DNA of 39,127 bases from IMG/VR virus record IMGVR_UViG_3300024253_000040, positions 1-39,127 of that record; one strand, written 5' to 3'. Position numbers and translations under genes: made by a program. Source of the DNA: a virus. Taxonomy: Duplodnaviria > Caudoviricetes. Positions within the stretch are counted from its first letter, which is position 1; each line of letters opens with the position of its first letter. The notes beneath the pieces were generated by a model. It was not told the DNA's origin. It searched no databases and was given only the letters and a program-made list of their open reading frames with translations. Of the stretch, positions 15,960 through 25,351 are shown in pieces.

Positions 15960-18603
15960 TGACAAGTACATATCTGTTTTCAAATCTTGGCAAGCCGATT
16001 GGAACAGGTTTGCCTACGATGTTTTAAAAGCTCGTTTAGACACGGAACAACAGGATGTTCTGGCTTCAGTACAGCACAACAAGATGGTTGCCGTTGCAAG
16101 TGGCACATCGAGAGGGAAGGATTTCGTTGCTGCCTGTGCTTCTTTATGCTTTCTTTATTTAACACCAAAATTTGACAAAAATGGGAATATGATCGAGAAC
16201 ACTAAGGTCGCAATGACGGCACCGTGTTATGATAGTGAGACAGAGATTCTCACTGAAGATGGATGGAAGTTTTTCTTCGACCTTACCTATAACGATAAGG
16301 TTGCTCAGATGGGTGAAGGTGGTAAGATCGAATACGTTCACCCGACAGATATTATAAATGAACCTTATCACGGAGAAATGATTGGTTGTAAGACGAAATT
16401 GATAGACTTTCTCGTAACTCCAAACCACAGGTGTCTATTTAGCAACTGCAATGTAAGCTCCGGTGAAGCTAAGAGAATAAACTCTATTCACGAGTCACAG
16501 CTAAGCAAGAATCCTGACTGGTCGCAGTACAAGACCGCGGAAGTATGCGGAAAGTCTCAGTCATATGTTGCTAAGTGCATCAAGGCAGCCAAGTATATTG
16601 ATGGATTTGCAGGTGAAGTCAGGAAAGCCAAGGACATCTACGGAAAGAATGGTCTATTCGCCAAGGTTGCCTACTTCGATGGAGATGTTCAGAATAAAGA
16701 TTGGATGGAGTTTCTTGGTTTTTGGTTTGCCGAAGGTAGTTTCACTTTCAATGAAAAGCAAAGGAAGTACCGGATAACAGTAACTCAAACCAAGAGTGAG
16801 AACATCGCTTATGTTGATGATTTGATTTCCCGAATTCAGCCCTTGCTAAAGAATAAATTCCACAAGTACCCACGTAAAGGCGGTGGATATAATTGGGAGT
16901 TGTACGATAAGGAATTATCGAGTGAGTTTGTTCCCTATGGAAAGCAGCTTGTCCGCTCAATCCCTAAATGGGTGAAGAATTCAGATATTGCAAGCATGAA
17001 AGCTTTTCTCAAAGGATTTATCGTTGGAGATGGAAGCATTGACAAAAACGGAAGTGTTAAGCTGTGCACTTCATCTGATAAGCTTGCTGACGACCTGCAC
17101 GAAATGTGCATAAAGGTTGGTTGGATTGCAAACAAAAAGGAATATTTCAGAAAAAGTAGAGATAAGATTATCGAAGGTAGAAATGTAACCGTATCATCAC
17201 ACTTTTACTATGAGGTAAAGCTTAGTCCAATGCGGGGCAATTATCCACACGTGATGAAGAAACATTGGTACAAGAAGGATTATCATGGATTTGTTCATTG
17301 CGTTACCGTTCCGAGTGGAATGGTTATGATTCGCAGAAATGGCTTTAATATGTGGAGTGGAAATACTGGCCGTCAGGTAAAAAATATTATGACACCTGAA
17401 ATCCGTCGGTTGTTTCGTGCAGCAAGGGTTCTACCCGGGCGTTTAGTGTCTGATGATATTCGAACGGATTTTGAGGAATGGTTTCTGACTGGTTTCAAGG
17501 CAGGAGATGATGCTACAGAAGCTTGGTCAGGATTCCACGCATCGAACACGATGTTTGTCGTAACCGAGGCATCAGGGATCTCTGAAATGACATTCAATGC
17601 GATTGAAGGGAACTTGCAGGGTAACTCTCGCTTACTGTTAGTTTTCAACCCCAACGTGACTACAGGCTATGCAGCGAGAGCGATGAAGTCCGAACGCTTT
17701 AAGAAGTTTCGATTAAATTCTCTCAATGCAGAGAATGTCGTTAAGAAGAATATAGTAATCCCTGGGCAGGTTGACTATGAATGGGTAAAAGATAAGGTGC
17801 ACACTTGGTGTACATCAATTCATGAAACAGACTTTAATGAGGGTGAGGGAGACTTTAGATTTGAGGGAGGCATCTATCGTCCCAATGATTTATTCAGGGT
17901 TAAGGTGTTGGGGATGTTCCCGAAAGTATCAGAAGACAATCTCATTCCTTATGAATGGATTAATATTGCCAACAAGCGTTGGTTGGAATTCAATGAAGAA
18001 AACTTTATCCCTCACTCCGATTTACGACTTGGGGTTGATGTGGCAGGCATGGGTAGAGACAGCAGTGTCCTGTGCTATCGTTACGACAATTATCTGGCGA
18101 AGTTTGTTAGCCATCAGTCAGGTGGGAGTGCCGACCACATGCATATAGCAGGTATGGTTTCCAAAGCCATCCGCACAGACGGCTCACAAGCGTTCATTGA
18201 CACGATCGGTGAGGGTGCAGGTGTTTACTCACGTTTAAGAGAGTTGGGTTACGAAAATGCTTTCTCGTGTAAGTTCTCCGAAAGTGCGAGAGACCTGACA
18301 GACATTACAGGCGTTTACACATTTGCAAACATGAAAGCCTATCTGTATTGGTGTGTTCGTGATTGGCTAAACCCAGCTAATAAATTCAACGCCGCTGTTC
18401 CTTTGAACGATAGGTTTTTAGAGGAAGCAACTGACATAAAGTGGAAGTTTCAATCGAATGGTTCAATCATTATCGAGCCAAAGGAAGAGACCATTAAAAG
18501 GCTCAAACGGTCTCCTGACCTTTTCGATTCTTTGGCGAACACATTCTATCCGAGCTATGTGTCGCCAATAAGTGAAGAAGAATTATTAAAAGATTTTAGG
18601 TAA
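15952..18603 (+). CDS. terL: Terminase large subunit, intein-containing (about 503 aa after splicing)
   Basis: Walker A ASGTSRGKD, Walker B-like FVVTEASG, nuclease GVDVAGMGRD and SPDLFD. Confidence 0.95.
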   Translation: MFNDKYISVFKSWQADWNRFAYDVLKARLDTEQQDVLASVQHNKMVAVASGTSRGKDFVAACASLCFLYLTPKFDKNGNMIENTKVAMTAPCYDSETEILTEDGWKFFFDLTYNDKVAQMGEGGKIEYVHPTDIINEPYHGEMIGCKTKLIDFLVTPNHRCLFSNCNVSSGEAKRINSIHESQLSKNPDWSQYKTAEVCGKSQSYVAKCIKAAKYIDGFAGEVRKAKDIYGKNGLFAKVAYFDGDVQNKDWMEFLGFWFAEGSFTFNEKQRKYRITVTQTKSENIAYVDDLISRIQPLLKNKFHKYPRKGGGYNWELYDKELSSEFVPYGKQLVRSIPKWVKNSDIASMKAFLKGFIVGDGSIDKNGSVKLCTSSDKLADDLHEMCIKVGWIANKKEYFRKSRDKIIEGRNVTVSSHFYYEVKLSPMRGNYPHVMKKHWYKKDYHGFVHCVTVPSGMVMIRRNGFNMWSGNTGRQVKNIMTPEIRRLFRAARVLPGRLVSDDIRTDFEEWFLTGFKAGDDATEAWSGFHASNTMFVVTEASGISEMTFNAIEGNLQGNSRLLLVFNPNVTTGYAARAMKSERFKKFRLNSLNAENVVKKNIVIPGQVDYEWVKDKVHTWCTSIHETDFNEGEGDFRFEGGIYRPNDLFRVKVLGMFPKVSEDNLIPYEWINIANKRWLEFNEENFIPHSDLRLGVDVAGMGRDSSVLCYRYDNYLAKFVSHQSGGSADHMHIAGMVSKAIRTDGSQAFIDTIGEGAGVYSRLRELGYENAFSCKFSESARDLTDITGVYTFANMKAYLYWCVRDWLNPANKFNAAVPLNDRFLEEATDIKWKFQSNGSIIIEPKEETIKRLKRSPDLFDSLANTFYPSYVSPISEEELLKDFR
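16225..17364 (+). mobile_element. Intein (380 aa) with LAGLIDADG homing endonuclease
   Basis: TAP|CYDSETEILT...VTPNH...FLGFWFAEG...FLKGFIVGDG...VHCVTVP...WSGN|TGRQ. Confidence 0.93.
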
Positions 18604-19976
18604 TGGATAAGCTTATTAATGAGATCAAGCAAGCTAAGAATATAGCTGTGCCAAAGTGGTCTAAACTCGTCAAGGAGTACGACCCGACAAAACACAAGGT
18701 GAGGACAGACCGGGAGATATTGAAAGATATTGTAAAAGCTGACGGTGTTGAAAGGTCTGCAAGGGTAGTCTATGGGAAGCAACGTCTTGCCGTTCGGAGA
18801 ATGACACAAATGGCTTTCTCCATCCCTGTGAAACGGATTTACAACATTGGTGATGATGAAGTAAAGATCGCCCAGGCAAAGGCTATGGAAGCTATATACA
18901 AACGTGCTCGCATTGATGCTGTGAACATTAAACGTATGGCTGCATACTTTGCTTGCTGCGAAATGGCAACAATCTGGTTTCCTGTAAAAGCTAAAAATAA
19001 TTACTACGGCTTTGATTCCGATTACAAGTTGAACTGTATTAGCTTCTCTCCTATGGAAGAAAAGTATTCAAGGATCTCTCAAGCCGAGATTTATCCTGTT
19101 TTTGACAAGTACAGGGATTTAGTCAAGCTCGCATTCGAATACACTATCAAAGAGGGAAAAGAAAATGTAAAATATTTTCAAGTTTACGAAGCTGAAAAGG
19201 ATGTTTTATACCGAAACAAAAATGGTAAGTGGGAGCAAGTTGATGAACCATCAGAAGTGCCTATCGGGAAGATCCCGGCAATATATCTTTGGCGACCGAT
19301 ACCTATATATGAAGATATCACTGACAACGTAACCGAGATTGAACTATCACTATCGAGAGAGAGTAATATCTTACGTAAGAATTCTGCACCGATACTTGGA
19401 ATCAGAGGAAAGTTGCTCACAGGGAAAGCTACTGGAGAAGTAGCGAGGGAGGTTTATCAGATCGAGGGGGATGGCGGTATCGAGTATATCACTTGGCAAC
19501 AACAGATCGAAGCCATGAAATATTATATCGAAACGTTGGATAGGAAAATCGATGAAGAGCTACAGTTGCCTAACTTCTCTTTGGAGAACGTCAAAGGCTT
19601 GGGAAACGTCACAGGTGAAGCACGAAAAACTCTTTTAACCGAGCCACACCTAAAGGTTGGCGATGAAAGTGGCGACATCATTGAAGCACTCGAAAGAGAA
19701 TGTAACGTTATCAAAGCATTCTTAGGAAAGATGAACAGAAAGTGGGCGGATAGCATTGGAGAGTTGGAGGTTGAACACGTTATCACTCCATTCATACAGA
19801 ATGATGAAGCTTCGGAAATCGATAAAGTTACAAAAGCTACTCAAAAACCTGTTATGGCTCAGAAGACCGGTATAAAGATTCTCGGTATGGTTGACGATGT
19901 TGACGCTGAATATCAGCTTTTGCAAGAGGAAGCTGAATCTGAAAGGAATCAGGATTTATTCACTATTGCTGAATGA
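18603..19976 (+). CDS. Portal protein (SPP1-like)
   Basis: 457 aa after TerL; IGKIPAIY, IEYITW, TGEARK. Confidence 0.9.
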   Translation: MDKLINEIKQAKNIAVPKWSKLVKEYDPTKHKVRTDREILKDIVKADGVERSARVVYGKQRLAVRRMTQMAFSIPVKRIYNIGDDEVKIAQAKAMEAIYKRARIDAVNIKRMAAYFACCEMATIWFPVKAKNNYYGFDSDYKLNCISFSPMEEKYSRISQAEIYPVFDKYRDLVKLAFEYTIKEGKENVKYFQVYEAEKDVLYRNKNGKWEQVDEPSEVPIGKIPAIYLWRPIPIYEDITDNVTEIELSLSRESNILRKNSAPILGIRGKLLTGKATGEVAREVYQIEGDGGIEYITWQQQIEAMKYYIETLDRKIDEELQLPNFSLENVKGLGNVTGEARKTLLTEPHLKVGDESGDIIEALERECNVIKAFLGKMNRKWADSIGELEVEHVITPFIQNDEASEIDKVTKATQKPVMAQKTGIKILGMVDDVDAEYQLLQEEAESERNQDLFTIAE

Positions 19977-21028
19977 ACGCAAATAAACGGCACTACCGTA
20001 GGATAGAAGACTATGTTAGGCAGATACGTGAGTTGTACTTCAAGACAATCTCACAGGTTGTATCAGCCTCACTTAGGGCAGATATCGACAAAGATAAGTT
20101 GTTCGAGTTTCAGGATTATCCGATGCTGAACAATGAGGTAAACAGGTTAGTCCGTGAGTTAGCTAAGAGCATAAATGTTGTTACACTATCCGGTGTAAAA
20201 AACGAGTGGTACGAATCAGCTAAAGTAAACGACAAGCTTGTGCAGGAAATGACGAAGTCTATCACCCTGCCAAGCTCTGTTATTCAAAAGTACAGCCAAA
20301 GAAATCTCGAAGCGTTATATGCTTTTCAATCCCAGAAAGTAAAGGGGTTAAACCTCTCTCAAAGGATTTGGCTCAATACAAGCCGATTTAAGGGTGATTT
20401 GGAACTTGCTTTAGATGTCGGCATCGGAGAGGGTACAAGCGCAGCACAACTAAGCAGGAATATCCGTGGATACCTTATAAAACCAGACAAGCTATTCCGC
20501 AGGGTGCGGGATAAGCATGGAGATTTAGTTTTAAGCAAAAACGCCAGGAAGTATAATCCCGGTAGCGGAATGTACCGAAGCAGTTATAAAAACGCTTCAC
20601 GTCTTGCACGAACAGTGATTAACAACGCTTACAGGTTATCGGATTATTATCGCAGACAACAGTTGGACTTTGTCGTAGGTATAGAGATAAAGCGTTCAAA
20701 CCATGTTTATGACTGTCCAGTGTGTGACAGCCTTAAAGGCAAATACCCCAAAGAATTTATTTTCACAAGTTGGCATCCAAACTGCCGATGTTTTTCCATT
20801 TCCATTCTCGCAACACGTGAAGAGTTTATTACTCAACAGAAAGCTTATCTGGAGACAGGTGTTTTAACCAAAATAAAATCTAAAAACGAAATCAATGAAG
20901 TTCCGGCAAATTTCAAAAAATGGTTGAAGGATAACCGAGAACGAGTAATCGAAGCACAATCTATAGGTACAGAACCCTGGTGGATGAGAGATAACGCCAG
21001 TCAAATAGCTGATATACTATTCATTTAA
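19973..21028 (+). CDS. Minor head morphogenesis protein (Mu gpF/SPP1 gp7-like)
   Basis: RLARTVINNAY, CPVCD, WHPNCRC. Confidence 0.9.
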   Translation: MNANKRHYRRIEDYVRQIRELYFKTISQVVSASLRADIDKDKLFEFQDYPMLNNEVNRLVRELAKSINVVTLSGVKNEWYESAKVNDKLVQEMTKSITLPSSVIQKYSQRNLEALYAFQSQKVKGLNLSQRIWLNTSRFKGDLELALDVGIGEGTSAAQLSRNIRGYLIKPDKLFRRVRDKHGDLVLSKNARKYNPGSGMYRSSYKNASRLARTVINNAYRLSDYYRRQQLDFVVGIEIKRSNHVYDCPVCDSLKGKYPKEFIFTSWHPNCRCFSISILATREEFITQQKAYLETGVLTKIKSKNEINEVPANFKKWLKDNRERVIEAQSIGTEPWWMRDNASQIADILFI

Positions 21029-21071
21029 TTAGTTAAACTTCTTAAAATACAAGTTTTATAACTAAATATAC

Positions 21072-21114
21072 TTGTATTAATGCTTGCAAATACAACTAAA
21101 TAATTGTATCTTTA
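21072..21114 (+). promoter_or_regulatory. Copy of the early promoter and operator upstream of the accessory island
   Basis: ttgtattaatgcttgcaaaTACAActaaataaTTGTAtcttta is colinear with 3251-3293. Confidence 0.75.
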
Positions 21115-21154
21115 TACTAAACAAATAACAATTAATCATTTAAAGCAAGCAGAT

Positions 21155-21316
21155 ATGAAGACAAAAGATCAAATCTCAACAGAATTAACAATCGAACAAA
21201 TCAGAGCAATGGAACCAGGTAGAGCAAAAATGGAAGCTTATGAAGCTTATAAGAATGCCGGAAAAGGCAGACAGAGATTCACTTCAAAGATTAGAAAACC
21301 TTATATTCACAAGTAA
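21155..21316 (+). CDS. Small basic hypothetical protein (island gene 1)
   Basis: 53 aa from MKTKDQ. Confidence 0.65.
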   Translation: MKTKDQISTELTIEQIRAMEPGRAKMEAYEAYKNAGKGRQRFTSKIRKPYIHK

Positions 21317-21398
21317 CATGAAATATGAATAAAAATATTAAGGCTGTGCTAACGGCTTGACGGGCATTATCTATATAAACACAAAAAGTAACATTATT

Positions 21399-21680
21399 AT
21401 GAAAGAAAAAGCAGTTAGTACATTTATCCATACAGCCCAAGACTTCTCGGAGTTTATGCTGAATGAAGTAAAGAATGACAAGAAAAAAAGCGTGATAATC
21501 CTTGTTGCAGAGGAGGTGGACGATTGCGGTGTGAAAAACGTTATCGGAGTTGGAGGGGATTCAAAGCTGTTGGTTAATAGTTTGTGTATTCTCAAACGGG
21601 AAGCAAGTGATTTATTCAGGATGTTAAGTGGTATTGAGTTAATGAAATTGTTGGAGAAGATTAGTAATCAAAAAAAGTAA
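21399..21680 (+). CDS. Hypothetical protein (island gene 2)
   Basis: 93 aa from MKEKAV. Confidence 0.7.
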   Translation: MKEKAVSTFIHTAQDFSEFMLNEVKNDKKKSVIILVAEEVDDCGVKNVIGVGGDSKLLVNSLCILKREASDLFRMLSGIELMKLLEKISNQKK

Positions 21681-21696
21681 TCAAAAAGATTTGATC

Positions 21697-21870
21697 ATGA
21701 ATTTGCAAAAAGCATTACATAACATTTATGGCGATGATGCCGATCTGATCGAGGAGGAAATGAGAAATGAAGTTTTTAACACACTTCAAAATGGTGGAAG
21801 ATATGATGATGTTGAAGACATTATGATAGGCTATGGTCTTGAGATGGATTACATTTTCGATTTGATATGA
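21697..21870 (+). CDS. Small acidic protein (island gene 3; not in ORF track)
   Basis: MNLQKALHNIYGDDADLIEEE...DYIFDLI, 57 aa, 14 D/E vs 3 K/R; ATGA overlap with the next gene. Confidence 0.7.
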   Translation: MNLQKALHNIYGDDADLIEEEMRNEVFNTLQNGGRYDDVEDIMIGYGLEMDYIFDLI

Positions 21871-22091
21871 TTTGTCCGGCAAGAATAGAAAGAGAGCAAC
21901 TGAAAGCAACCTACATTAAAGTAGCGGAGTTGATTGGTTTAAAAACTGATGAACAAGAAAAGGCAAAGGTGTTTCTCCGAGAGTTTGCGAAAGAAAGAAA
22001 CTTGACGATTAATGATCTGTTTGATGGGTATAACGAGGTGCTTGATACCTATATTTCTCAGAGAGAGCTTGATGGATATTATGATTATTAA
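21867..22091 (+). CDS. Hypothetical protein (island gene 4)
   Basis: 74 aa, coupled start. Confidence 0.7.
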   Translation: MICPARIEREQLKATYIKVAELIGLKTDEQEKAKVFLREFAKERNLTINDLFDGYNEVLDTYISQRELDGYYDY

Positions 22092-22102
22092 AAAACAGTG
22101 AG

Positions 22103-22561
22103 ATGGAAAAGAAGTTTTTTGAATTCAAAGAAAAAGAAGTCGAGTACAAGCTGAAAGCTGTGCGACATGACTTCAAGCGTGCGAAAATAAAAAGTCCTGA
22201 AGCTGCAGCAGACTACGCAAGACAGTTTTATCATGACGATATCTCTATTTACGAAAGCACATTTATCCTATTACTTAACAGAAGCAATAATACCTGTGGT
22301 TTTGCTAAAATCAGTCAGGGTGGGCTTTCCGGAACGGTGGTTGATATTCGGTTAATTCTGAAATACGCCATCGATAATCTTGCCTCCGGAATTATTTTGG
22401 TTCATAACCATCCGTCTGGCAATCTTACAGCAAGCCATCAGGATATACGATTAACGAATAAATTACGGGAAGCATGCGGCTGGATGGATATTACCCTGAT
22501 TGATTCAATCATCCTGTCTGAAGATGGGCATTACAGTTTTGCTGACGAAGGATTAGTATAA
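22103..22561 (+). CDS. radC: RadC-like JAB domain protein
   Basis: ESTFILLLNRSN...ISQGGLSGTVVD...HNHPSGNLTASHQD (HxH-x7-S-x2-D). Confidence 0.93.
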   Translation: MEKKFFEFKEKEVEYKLKAVRHDFKRAKIKSPEAAADYARQFYHDDISIYESTFILLLNRSNNTCGFAKISQGGLSGTVVDIRLILKYAIDNLASGIILVHNHPSGNLTASHQDIRLTNKLREACGWMDITLIDSIILSEDGHYSFADEGLV

Positions 22562-22650
22562 TTAATTATGAAAACGATAAATAAATCAAAAGGATTTATG
22601 AACATGTATTTAGCTATATAAGAAGTTTTGTATTAATTTTTTTTAACTAT

Positions 22651-22687
22651 AAAGTGTGTCTAAACGACACACTTTTTTGTATGTTTG
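22651..22687 (+). promoter_or_regulatory. Module promoter with GTGTGT-N7-ACACAC palindrome (capsid/tail module)
   Basis: AAAGTGTGT ctaaacg ACACACTTT, then TAtgTTTG at 22680-22687. Confidence 0.75.
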
Positions 22688-22764
22688 CATATGTGAGCTT
22701 GTAACACAGCTTATGAGTTTGTGAAAACATGCTCATGAGTAGTTTTATAAAATGTTTTAAAAAT

Positions 22765-23379
22765 ATGAAAAACAATGTGTTACAACGTTTGAAACCCAAA
22801 GCTGCATCGTTGGGGTTCAACGAGAAAGAGCTTGACGGTGTCGCTGCCACCATAGCAGGAAACCTACAAGAGGATGCTACAGAAGAACAAATCGATGAAA
22901 AGATCGATGAGATTTTACCTTTTCTAAAAGTGTCTCAATCTTTTGCAACGAGAGTGATCAATGCTGAGAAAGAGAAACTATCCAAAGAATCCGCTTCACC
23001 CAAGAAGCACGAGGAGTCTGACAATAACCAAAGTGAAAATGAGCCTGCGTGGTTCAAATCCTATCGTGAGGAAAACGACCGTAAGTTTGCGGAGTTGTCT
23101 GAAGCGAGAGCGAAAGAATTACGCCGTAAGGATTTCGAGAAGAAATTAGATGGGCTAAGCCAAAAGCAGAAAGAGTCCAAGCTTAGGGATTTTGACCGCA
23201 TAGAGTTCAAAGACGAAGATGATTATGCTTCATACGTTGCTGAACAAGAGCCTTTGATTGCGGAGATCATCCAGGAAGCTTCGAACAACAGCTTAGGTAA
23301 AGCTCGACGACCTTTCAGTGGTTCGTCAGAGAATTCTGATAAGCCCACGAAAGAGGAATTGAAACGAGTATTTGGATAA
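22765..23379 (+). CDS. Capsid scaffolding protein
   Basis: Charged coiled coil with EPAWFK motif, upstream of decoration and capsid genes. Confidence 0.75.
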   Translation: MKNNVLQRLKPKAASLGFNEKELDGVAATIAGNLQEDATEEQIDEKIDEILPFLKVSQSFATRVINAEKEKLSKESASPKKHEESDNNQSENEPAWFKSYREENDRKFAELSEARAKELRRKDFEKKLDGLSQKQKESKLRDFDRIEFKDEDDYASYVAEQEPLIAEIIQEASNNSLGKARRPFSGSSENSDKPTKEELKRVFG

Positions 23380-23391
23380 AGATTATTGATT

Positions 23392-23778
23392 ATGATTGAA
23401 GTTGGAAAAAACAGATTTAGCGTTGACACGACTTGGGACGGTGTTGTCATCATGAAATACCTTGATGGTATCAATGGTGGTGTCTCGCTTGACCTGACAG
23501 GTTTTGAGGATGAATATATCCGTGCTGGTCATGTTATCGTGAAAACGGACCAAGGGAAGTTTAAACCCGCTGTTATTGCAGATGGTGTTTATTCGCCTTT
23601 GTCTATTGGTGAGAAAGCGATTGGTGTTGTTCGTGCAACACATCGTCCAAAATATGAGGGTACTGCTGTGATGACACGTGGTAAAGTGAATGAGAAAGCT
23701 TACAAGAATTGGACAGAAGTAGACTATTCTGCTGAGATCAAAGAAGCATTGAGTTTAATTGAATTTTCGGAGGACTAA
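23392..23778 (+). CDS. Head decoration-like protein
   Basis: Position before the major capsid gene; GGVSLD...IRAGHVIV...GKVNE. Confidence 0.7.
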   Translation: MIEVGKNRFSVDTTWDGVVIMKYLDGINGGVSLDLTGFEDEYIRAGHVIVKTDQGKFKPAVIADGVYSPLSIGEKAIGVVRATHRPKYEGTAVMTRGKVNEKAYKNWTEVDYSAEIKEALSLIEFSED

Positions 23779-23781
23779 TAT

Positions 23782-24891
23782 ATGAGCCAAAAAGCATCAT
23801 TATTTCCTGAACTGGTAGATAAATATATGCCTTATTCAGGTGAATCGAAAGAAACATTGAACGATGAAAAGAGCGTTCCTAAGTCGTATCACAAGCAGAT
23901 GCTCGTGGAAGAATACACGGCTGACTTGACCTGGGCGAGCAAGTCGTTCAACAACGTTCGTGTGAAAGCCGATATTGTGGCTTTGGACTCTCCATTACCA
24001 ATTAAACGCAGGCCGTCCATGGGTGGTGCTGTTGGCACTATCGTTAAGAGCGGTATGAAGAAATGGTTAGGAGAGAAAGAGATCTCCGACATTCAGATCA
24101 TGAGCGCACGTGGTGTCGATGAAGCTGAAATTGCTCGTAAGCTGTTCTCCGACCTGATCGCTTGTCGTGATGGTATCGATGAAAGCAATGAGTATAACTT
24201 CTTAAAAGCTTTGTCGGGTGGAACGATTCTTATTCCAGACGAAGAGAATCCGGGAGTAGGTGTACGCATTGAGTTTGATTTCCCAACCTCCAACCTTTTT
24301 GGTGTGGTGAAGAAATGGAGTGATTCAACCGCTGACACCATCTCTGACATTGAGCGAGTAGTCGCAAAAATTGATGAGGATGGAAATTCTGTAGTCAAAT
24401 CATACATAGGGAAATCCGCTTATCAGAATTTACGCAGCTCTTACGGTGCGAGAAGGCTTCATGCAAGTTCTAACAATATCATTGTTCCTGTAGTTGAGGG
24501 CGTTCCTGATTATTCTGGTGTTCCGCTTCCCAACCGCATTCAATTTAACGAGGAGTTTGCAGCTGAGTTCGGTTTTGAATTAGAAGTCATTGACAGAACA
24601 GTACGCACCGAGGTGAACGGTAAGCAGGTCAACGAGAAACCGTTTGATCCTAATGCTATGGTGTTTGTATACGACGATATTGTCGGACGTTTGATTTACG
24701 GTACCCTTGCCGAGGAGACTTCGCCTGTTGCAGGTGTAGTTTATAACAAGGCAGGTTCGTTTACCCTGTTATCGAAATACTCGTTGAACGACCCGTTAAG
24801 AGAGTTCTCATCTTCGCAGGCATTGGTGTTGCCAATTCTCGACAACGTTGAGCAGATCTATATTCTAAATACTGAAACTGTTCAAGCATGA
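23782..24891 (+). CDS. Major capsid protein
   Basis: 369 aa, position; ADIVALDSPLPIKRR; KKWSD..ADTISDI resembles gpE-type capsids. Confidence 0.85.
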   Translation: MSQKASLFPELVDKYMPYSGESKETLNDEKSVPKSYHKQMLVEEYTADLTWASKSFNNVRVKADIVALDSPLPIKRRPSMGGAVGTIVKSGMKKWLGEKEISDIQIMSARGVDEAEIARKLFSDLIACRDGIDESNEYNFLKALSGGTILIPDEENPGVGVRIEFDFPTSNLFGVVKKWSDSTADTISDIERVVAKIDEDGNSVVKSYIGKSAYQNLRSSYGARRLHASSNNIIVPVVEGVPDYSGVPLPNRIQFNEEFAAEFGFELEVIDRTVRTEVNGKQVNEKPFDPNAMVFVYDDIVGRLIYGTLAEETSPVAGVVYNKAGSFTLLSKYSLNDPLREFSSSQALVLPILDNVEQIYILNTETVQA

Positions 24892-25049
24892 GGGTAAAAG
24901 TATTGAAAGAGTTCGTTGACAAGGATAATTTTTTGAAGAAGTACACTGTCGACGAAACCGTTGAGTTTTCCGATGAACGATCTGAGGAATTAATTTCTAA
25001 AGGCTTAGTGGAAAAAATCAAAGTTAAATCGACAAAAGTATCTAAATGA
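24888..25049 (+). CDS. Small head-associated protein (53 aa; not in ORF track)
   Basis: MRVKVLKEFVDK...ERSEELISKGLVE; ATGA overlaps at both ends. Confidence 0.7.
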   Translation: MRVKVLKEFVDKDNFLKKYTVDETVEFSDERSEELISKGLVEKIKVKSTKVSK

Positions 25050-25351
25050 CAGCCTTGGAAATCATAAGAGAAGACCTGCAACCTTATCCTGTTCGTGAGT
25101 CTTTGATCAGGAGATACTGCGCTAAGCACAGCATAAGTCCTGATGAAGAAAATCCCGATGAGGGTAAGATATCTCTTTGCGTGGTGGAGATTCTCTCTCA
25201 AATGAAGTCGCTTAACAACGTTTCCGAGGGCGGAGTTTCAATTTCTTTTAATGAAGATAACGTCAACGCCATAATTCGGCGCAAATGCGCTGAATTAGGC
25301 ATTGACGATACTCCATATCTTGATGAACCAACAGTGCAGCGCATAGAATGA
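25046..25351 (+). CDS. Head-tail connector (adaptor)
   Basis: Position; NVSEGGVSISF motif. Confidence 0.7.
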   Translation: MTALEIIREDLQPYPVRESLIRRYCAKHSISPDEENPDEGKISLCVVEILSQMKSLNNVSEGGVSISFNEDNVNAIIRRKCAELGIDDTPYLDEPTVQRIE

